A DNA stretch of 62,483 bases from positions 1,398-63,880 of the forward strand of contig VBDQ01000033.1 in the NCBI GenBank assembly GCA_005889075.1, given 5' to 3'. The first letter of the stretch is position 1. Each line of letters starts with the position of its first letter. Shown here piece after piece: positions 57,628 through 62,483 of the stretch. Under the pieces are notes generated by a model, which was not told the DNA's origin, searched no databases, and saw only the letters and a program-made list of their open reading frames with translations. A program made the position numbers and the translations under genes. Source of the DNA: Chloroflexota bacterium (GTDB lineage Bacteria; Chloroflexota; Limnocylindria; P2-11E).

Positions 57628-58502
57628 CGGGGGCTGGTCAGCCGGACTTCGTCGTCGTCACAGGTCTCTCCGGCTCGGGCAAGTCGCAGGCGGTGAAGGT
57701 CCTCGAGGACCTTGGCTACTACACCCTCGACAACCTTCCGCCCGCGCTCATGGCGAGCGCGCTCGACGTCTCGCGCAAGGGCGGCAAGCAGAAGGTCGCG
57801 CTCGTGATCGACGCCCGCAGCGGTCCGCTCTTCGCCGACGCGAAGAAGGAGCTCGATGCGCTGGAGCAGGCGGGCACTCCGATCCACCTTCTCTTCTTCG
57901 ACGCCTCAGATGACGTCCTGCTCCGTCGCTACAGCGAGACCCGGCATCGCCATCCGGTCGATGCCCCGGGCGGGGTGCAGCCGTCGATCGACGAGGAGCG
58001 CCGGCTTCTGGTCCAGCTCCGCGAGCGCGCCGACAAGGTGATCGACACCACACACCTGACGGTGAAGGATCTCCGCGACACGCTCCACTCGCTCTACGGC
58101 ACGGGAAAGAGCGCGATGCTCGTGCACGTCACGAGCTTCGGCTACAAGTACGGCCTTCCACCTGCCGCCGACCTCGTCTTCGACGTGCGGTTCATGGACA
58201 ACCCTTTTTATGTGCCGGAGCTCAGCGATCTCGATGGCAGCGACGAGCGAGTGCGCCGCTACGTGCTGCAGCATCCCGCGACCGAAGAGTTCCTGCGGCA
58301 TGTCGTGCCGTTCCTGCGCTTCGCTCTCCCTCGCTATGAGACCGAGAAGAAGGCGCGGCTCGGGATCGCCTTCGGCTGCACCGGCGGCCGTCACCGCTCC
58401 GTCGTCATCGCGGACGAGGTCACCAAAGCGGTCCGCGAGTTCTGGCCGGGCGAGATCGAGGTCGAGCATCGCGATGTCGATCGACCCGAGGTGCGCACCT
58501 GA
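57609..58502 (+). CDS. rapZ: RNase adapter RapZ / YvcJ nucleotide-binding protein
   Basis: [41 protein letters not shown]. Start GTG 57609 or CTG 57624. Confidence 0.93.
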   Translation: MDPARLTGAGQPDFVVVTGLSGSGKSQAVKVLEDLGYYTLDNLPPALMASALDVSRKGGKQKVALVIDARSGPLFADAKKELDALEQAGTPIHLLFFDASDDVLLRRYSETRHRHPVDAPGGVQPSIDEERRLLVQLRERADKVIDTTHLTVKDLRDTLHSLYGTGKSAMLVHVTSFGYKYGLPPAADLVFDVRFMDNPFYVPELSDLDGSDERVRRYVLQHPATEEFLRHVVPFLRFALPRYETEKKARLGIAFGCTGGRHRSVVIADEVTKAVREFWPGEIEVEHRDVDRPEVRT

Positions 58503-59260
58503 TGCGCGAGCGCCTGGTGGTCGGGAACTGGAAGATGAACCCGGCGACGATCGCCGACGCGGTCGCGCTCGCGGAGGCGGTGGCCGCGCGGGCCCACCCC
58601 AACGTCGCGTTGGGCGTCGCGCCTCCGATGGTGGCCCTGCCGGCCGTCGCGAAGGCGCTCGCGGGCAGCGCCGTCGCGGTCTACGCGCAGGACCTCCACT
58701 GGGAGGAGCGAGGGGCGTTCACGGGGCAAACGTCGGCCGCGATGCTCCGCGGTGTCGCCGTCGGTTCGATCGTTGGCCACTCCGAGGTTCGTCGCGATCA
58801 GGGTGACGACGATCGCCGCGTCGCGAAGAAGGCCGTGCGCGCGCTGTCAGCGGATCTCCGTGTCGTGCTTTGCGTCGGCGAGTCGGAAAACGAGTTCGCC
58901 GCCGGCGAGACCGAGGACGTCCTCGACCGCCAGATCCGCGCGGTGATCCGACCGGTGAAGGCCGCTCGACCGGTCGAGAGCCTGGGCGAAGTCCTGGTGC
59001 TCGCGTACGAGCCGATCTGGGCGATCGGCACCGGCCGGCCCGCGACCGGTGCTCATGCGACGCGTGCCGCGGCGAAGATCCGGAACGTCTTGCGCGACGA
59101 GGGCATTGCCGGCGACACGATCGGCATCCTCTACGGCGGGAGCGTAAGCGGAGCCGGCGCGCGCGAGTTCGCCAACGCCGATGGCATTGATGGCGCGCTG
59201 GTCGGTGGCGCGTCGCTGAAGGCGGACGAGTTCGCCAGGATCGTCGACGCTTTCGCGTGA
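58502..59260 (+). CDS. tpiA: Triosephosphate isomerase
   Basis: GNWKMN, GHSE, AYEPIWAIGTG, LYGGSV, LVGGASL. Confidence 0.97.
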   Translation: MRERLVVGNWKMNPATIADAVALAEAVAARAHPNVALGVAPPMVALPAVAKALAGSAVAVYAQDLHWEERGAFTGQTSAAMLRGVAVGSIVGHSEVRRDQGDDDRRVAKKAVRALSADLRVVLCVGESENEFAAGETEDVLDRQIRAVIRPVKAARPVESLGEVLVLAYEPIWAIGTGRPATGAHATRAAAKIRNVLRDEGIAGDTIGILYGGSVSGAGAREFANADGIDGALVGGASLKADEFARIVDAFA

Positions 59261-60777
59261 TCCGCTCCGCGCCTTATCGTCCGGTCGTTCTTTGCGTGCT
59301 CGATGGGTGGGGAATCGCGCCGGACTCGCCGACCAACGCCGTAACGCGCGCCCCGACGCCTAATCTGCGCCGCCTTGCCGAGCAGTACCCGCACGCCACG
59401 CTTCGGGCGAGCGGCCGCGATGTTGGTCTTCCCGATGGAGTCATGGGGAACAGCGAGGTCGGGCATTTCACCATGGGCGCCGGCTACGTTCAGCAACAGG
59501 AACTCGTGCGCATCAACGACGCGATCGACGACGGCTCCTTTTTCAGGAACGGCGCGCTACGCGCCGCGTGCGCGGCCGCGCGGGGCCGCGCCACGCTCCA
59601 TTTGATGGGCCTGGTGTCGACCGGCGGCGTTCACGCCGATCTCAAGCACATCCAGGCGCTTGCCGATCTGGCGCGGCGCGAGGACGTCGCGAACGTCGTC
59701 GTTCACGCGTTCCTCGACGGGCGCGACATGCCTCCTCGCAGTGCCCTCGAGCTCTTGCCCAAGGTCCCGCGCCCGATCGCGACGATCCACGGGCGCTACT
59801 ACGCGATGGACCGCGACAAGCGTTGGGAGCGCACCGAACGCTCGTACCGGGGGATCGCCGATGCCGATGGTCCACGGGTCGAGCGCGCCGAGGACGCGGT
59901 CCGCGCGTGCTACGCGAGCCCCGAGTGTCGCGACGAGCTGCTCGAGCCGCACGTCGTCGGCGCGGGAGCTCCAGTGCGGGATCGCGACGCGGTGATCTTC
60001 TTCAACTTTCGCCCGGACCGCGCCCGGCAGCTGACCTGGGCGTTCATGCAGCCGGATTTCGCTGGCTTCGCCCGCGGCCGCGTGCCCCGCGACCTCACCT
60101 TCGTGACGATGACCGAGTACAAGGTGGGCCTGCCGAACGTCCTCGTCGCGTTCCCGCCGCAAGAGGTCGTGCCGATGGCGCAGATCCTCGCCGACGATGG
60201 ACTCATGCAGTTCCATACCGCCGAGACGGAGAAGTACGCGCACGTCACCTATTTCTTCAACGGCGGTCGCGAGGAGCGATTCGCCGGTGAGGACCGCGAG
60301 CTCGTGCCCTCGCAAAAGGTGGCGACCTACGACCTCAAGCCGGAGATGAGCGCGCCCGGCGTCGCGGCGGCGCTTGCCCGCGCTGTAAGAAGCGGCAAGT
60401 ACGACTTCGCGATCGTGAATCTCGCGAACCCAGACATGGTCGGCCATACCGGCGACTTCACGGCGACGCTCGCGGCGATGGAGGCGACGGACCGCGCCGT
60501 TGGCGAGATCGTCGACGCGACGCTCGTCGCCGGCGGATGCGTGCTCCTCACCGCCGATCACGGCAACGCCGAGGAGATCGCGTTCCCCGACGGCACGCCA
60601 AACACCCAGCACAGCATGAACGTCGTCCCGGTGATCTTCATTGCGAAGGATGCCGATCGGTTCATCGTTCGCGACGGAGCCCTCGCCGATGTCGCGCCGA
60701 CCCTCCTGACACTGTTGGGGCTGCCCGTGCCGGAGCGCATGACCGGACGGTCGCTTCTCGAACCCCGCTCGCGGTGA
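59257..60777 (+). CDS. gpmI: 2,3-BPG-independent phosphoglycerate mutase
   Basis: LDGWG, MGNSEVGH, DGRD, GRYYAMDRD, AETEKYAHVT, DMVGHTG, TADHGN. Confidence 0.97.
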   Translation: MIRSAPYRPVVLCVLDGWGIAPDSPTNAVTRAPTPNLRRLAEQYPHATLRASGRDVGLPDGVMGNSEVGHFTMGAGYVQQQELVRINDAIDDGSFFRNGALRAACAAARGRATLHLMGLVSTGGVHADLKHIQALADLARREDVANVVVHAFLDGRDMPPRSALELLPKVPRPIATIHGRYYAMDRDKRWERTERSYRGIADADGPRVERAEDAVRACYASPECRDELLEPHVVGAGAPVRDRDAVIFFNFRPDRARQLTWAFMQPDFAGFARGRVPRDLTFVTMTEYKVGLPNVLVAFPPQEVVPMAQILADDGLMQFHTAETEKYAHVTYFFNGGREERFAGEDRELVPSQKVATYDLKPEMSAPGVAAALARAVRSGKYDFAIVNLANPDMVGHTGDFTATLAAMEATDRAVGEIVDATLVAGGCVLLTADHGNAEEIAFPDGTPNTQHSMNVVPVIFIAKDADRFIVRDGALADVAPTLLTLLGLPVPERMTGRSLLEPRSR

Positions 60778-62051
60778 TGCGCTCGCGCGCGGCGATCCCG
60801 TGGTGGGTCCTCGTCCTCGTTTCCGGTGCGATCGCCGCCGCGGCCGTCATGCGCTGGATCTGGGCGATCACACTCGACGGGCCGGTGCTCTACGGCGAGG
60901 GAGCGGTCGCGCACGCGGCGCTGCTTGCCCGCCAGGGCGCCGAGTACGTCGCGGGCGCGCGCTACGGCGACGTCTCGCCGATCTTCACCGCCGCCAATTA
61001 CCCGCCGCTCTATTTCCACATCGCCGGACTCGGAGATCCGTTCATCGCCGGCCGGATCGCGAGTGGCGTCGCGACGCTCGCGATCGCGGCGGCGATCGCC
61101 TTGCGGGCTCGAGCGGCCGGACCGCTGGTCGCATCGGGCCTGGCGCTGTCGTGGATCGCGACGCTGCCGGTCGCGGCCGCGGCGAAGCCGACCGAGCTCT
61201 TTCCAGCCGCGGCATTCGTGGTCGTGCTCCTGCTCGCGCGCGAGCTCCGCGCCCTCGCGGTCTATATCGGCGGTTTCGCTCTCGCGGCGATCGCAACGAG
61301 CCTTCTCACCGTCGGCGCGGACGGAAGCGTGTTCATGCACGTCATCGATTGGAACGCCCTGACGTTCCACGTCGATCAAGCCGTGCTTCTCGCGGTCGTC
61401 GCGATCCTCGTCGTCGGCGTTCCGCTCTTCTCGGTCGCTCTGGTGCGGAAGGGACTCTCGCCGATCCGCGCGGCGTATGTCGTCGCCGCGCTCGCAGTCG
61501 TCGCGTTGGGCGGCCGCGAGGGGGCCACCATCAACTACATCCTGGATCTTGCGACCGCGAGCTTTCTTGTGCTCGCCGCGGTCGGCCCGCACGTCCGCGC
61601 GAGCGGAGCGCTTCCGATCGCGCTCGCGGCCGAGCTCGTCGTCGTCATCGCGCTCTTCGATCCCTTCGGCTTCCTGCCGGGCCGCCCGCCCGGGACCGGA
61701 GCCTGGGCGGATCCGGCGAGGCTCGCGGCCGCCAGCGCGCTCGCGAAGCCGGCGCTCGTCGAGGACTCTGGCCTGCTCGTCGCCAGCGGGATAGAGCCGA
61801 TCGTGGACGATCTCTTTCTCTGGTCGCGCCTCTATGACCGCGGCGGGTCATTCGACGAAGGCGGCCGACTGATCGACGCGGTGAGCGCCCATCGCTTTCA
61901 GACGATCGTGAGTGAGACCGACCTCGCCCGCCTGGATGCCGCTCCCGCGTATGAGAGACAGCGCTGGGCGAGCGCGCTCGTGAAGGCGGTCCTCGACGGC
62001 TATCGGCTCGACCGACACACGGGCGCGCTCTGGGTCTACGTGCCGCGTTGA
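60777..62051 (+). CDS. Polytopic membrane protein, putative GT-C glycosyltransferase
   Basis: YGEG, NYPPLYF, GRIAS, AKPT, GATINY patterns with many TM segments. Confidence 0.6.
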   Translation: MRSRAAIPWWVLVLVSGAIAAAAVMRWIWAITLDGPVLYGEGAVAHAALLARQGAEYVAGARYGDVSPIFTAANYPPLYFHIAGLGDPFIAGRIASGVATLAIAAAIALRARAAGPLVASGLALSWIATLPVAAAAKPTELFPAAAFVVVLLLARELRALAVYIGGFALAAIATSLLTVGADGSVFMHVIDWNALTFHVDQAVLLAVVAILVVGVPLFSVALVRKGLSPIRAAYVVAALAVVALGGREGATINYILDLATASFLVLAAVGPHVRASGALPIALAAELVVVIALFDPFGFLPGRPPGTGAWADPARLAAASALAKPALVEDSGLLVASGIEPIVDDLFLWSRLYDRGGSFDEGGRLIDAVSAHRFQTIVSETDLARLDAAPAYERQRWASALVKAVLDGYRLDRHTGALWVYVPR

Positions 62052-62072
62052 CCGGCTAAACTGGAGATTCCC

Positions 62073-62297
62073 ATGGATCCACTTCAGATCGGCCAGATCA
62101 TCATCGCGATCGCGGTCGGCACGTCGATCCTGCTTCAGGCGCGCGGCACCGGACTCTCTTCCACTTTCGGTGGCGAGTCGACCGCATACCGCAGCCGCAG
62201 GGGCCTCGAGCGGACGCTCTTCAGGCTGACCATCATTCTCATCGTCGTCTTCGTGGTGATCTCACTGGTCGGCGCGCGGGCGGCGTCCACCGGCTAA
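62073..62297 (+). CDS. secG: Preprotein translocase subunit SecG
   Basis: ILLQARGTGLSSTFGG...RRGLERTLFRLT. Confidence 0.93.
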   Translation: MDPLQIGQIIIAIAVGTSILLQARGTGLSSTFGGESTAYRSRRGLERTLFRLTIILIVVFVVISLVGARAASTG

Positions 62298-62483
62298 TGA
62301 CCGGGCGCGACAAGTTCATCGTCGTCGCCCTCCTCGGCCTTTTGGTCGTAGCAAGTGTGGTAGCGATCGTCGTCGACCAGCGCACCGGACCGGGCGATCC
62401 GGCGGTCGGCGGCACGTATGTCGAGGGTGTTGCGAGTGTCCCGCAGTTCCTCAATCCGGTCATCGCCTCGACCGATGTCGACG
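62297..62483 (+). CDS. Peptide ABC transporter substrate-binding protein, N-terminal fragment
   Basis: Manual translation: MTGRDKFIVVALLG...GGTYVEGVASVPQFLNPV; runs off the window. Confidence 0.65.
   Translation, partial: MTGRDKFIVVALLGLLVVASVVAIVVDQRTGPGDPAVGGTYVEGVASVPQFLNPVIASTDVD

Noticed and set aside
61150-61200. Possible in-frame deletion in the GT-C-like gene before AKPT
   Set aside because: Suspected only from remembered family spacing; cannot be supported without an alignment.

Overview
High-GC (visually ~68-70%) bacterial chromosomal segment. Gene content and order (uvrC-rapZ-tpiA-gpmI-secG-peptide SBP, DUF2089/DUF4097 operon, GAAC-N4-GTTC LexA box) suggest a Chloroflexota lineage, probably an uncultured soil group (inference). 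Mostly core genes: aceB, dnaE, tRNA-Leu(CAA), polA-mutM-ABC-F-coaE, uvrB/uvrA/uvrC, dapF-lysA, iclR-glcDEF-antiporter-lutBA, rapZ-tpiA-gpmI-secG. Highlights: (1) a ~9 kb surface locus (33.2-42.2 kb) with a giant subtilase carrying 10 Thr-rich Ig-like/isopeptide-type repeats next to a DUF2723/TMEM260-like and a PIG-V-like mannosyltransferase, a candidate dedicated protein O-mannosylation system; (2) two ~155-170 nt rod-shaped palindromic elements sharing an internal loop and a covarying pair, one intergenic (29151-29320) and one translated in frame inside the ABC-F gene (20503-20656), plus smaller in-frame hairpins in dnaE, lutBA, glcF and uvrC; (3) a free-standing LAGLIDADG gene abutting a tRNA-Leu with a non-canonical C8/G14/U21 core; (4) many apparently leaderless genes; (5) several frameshifts or deletions at repeats, which may be assembly artefacts. 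All family assignments come from motif recognition by eye; no database searches were run.
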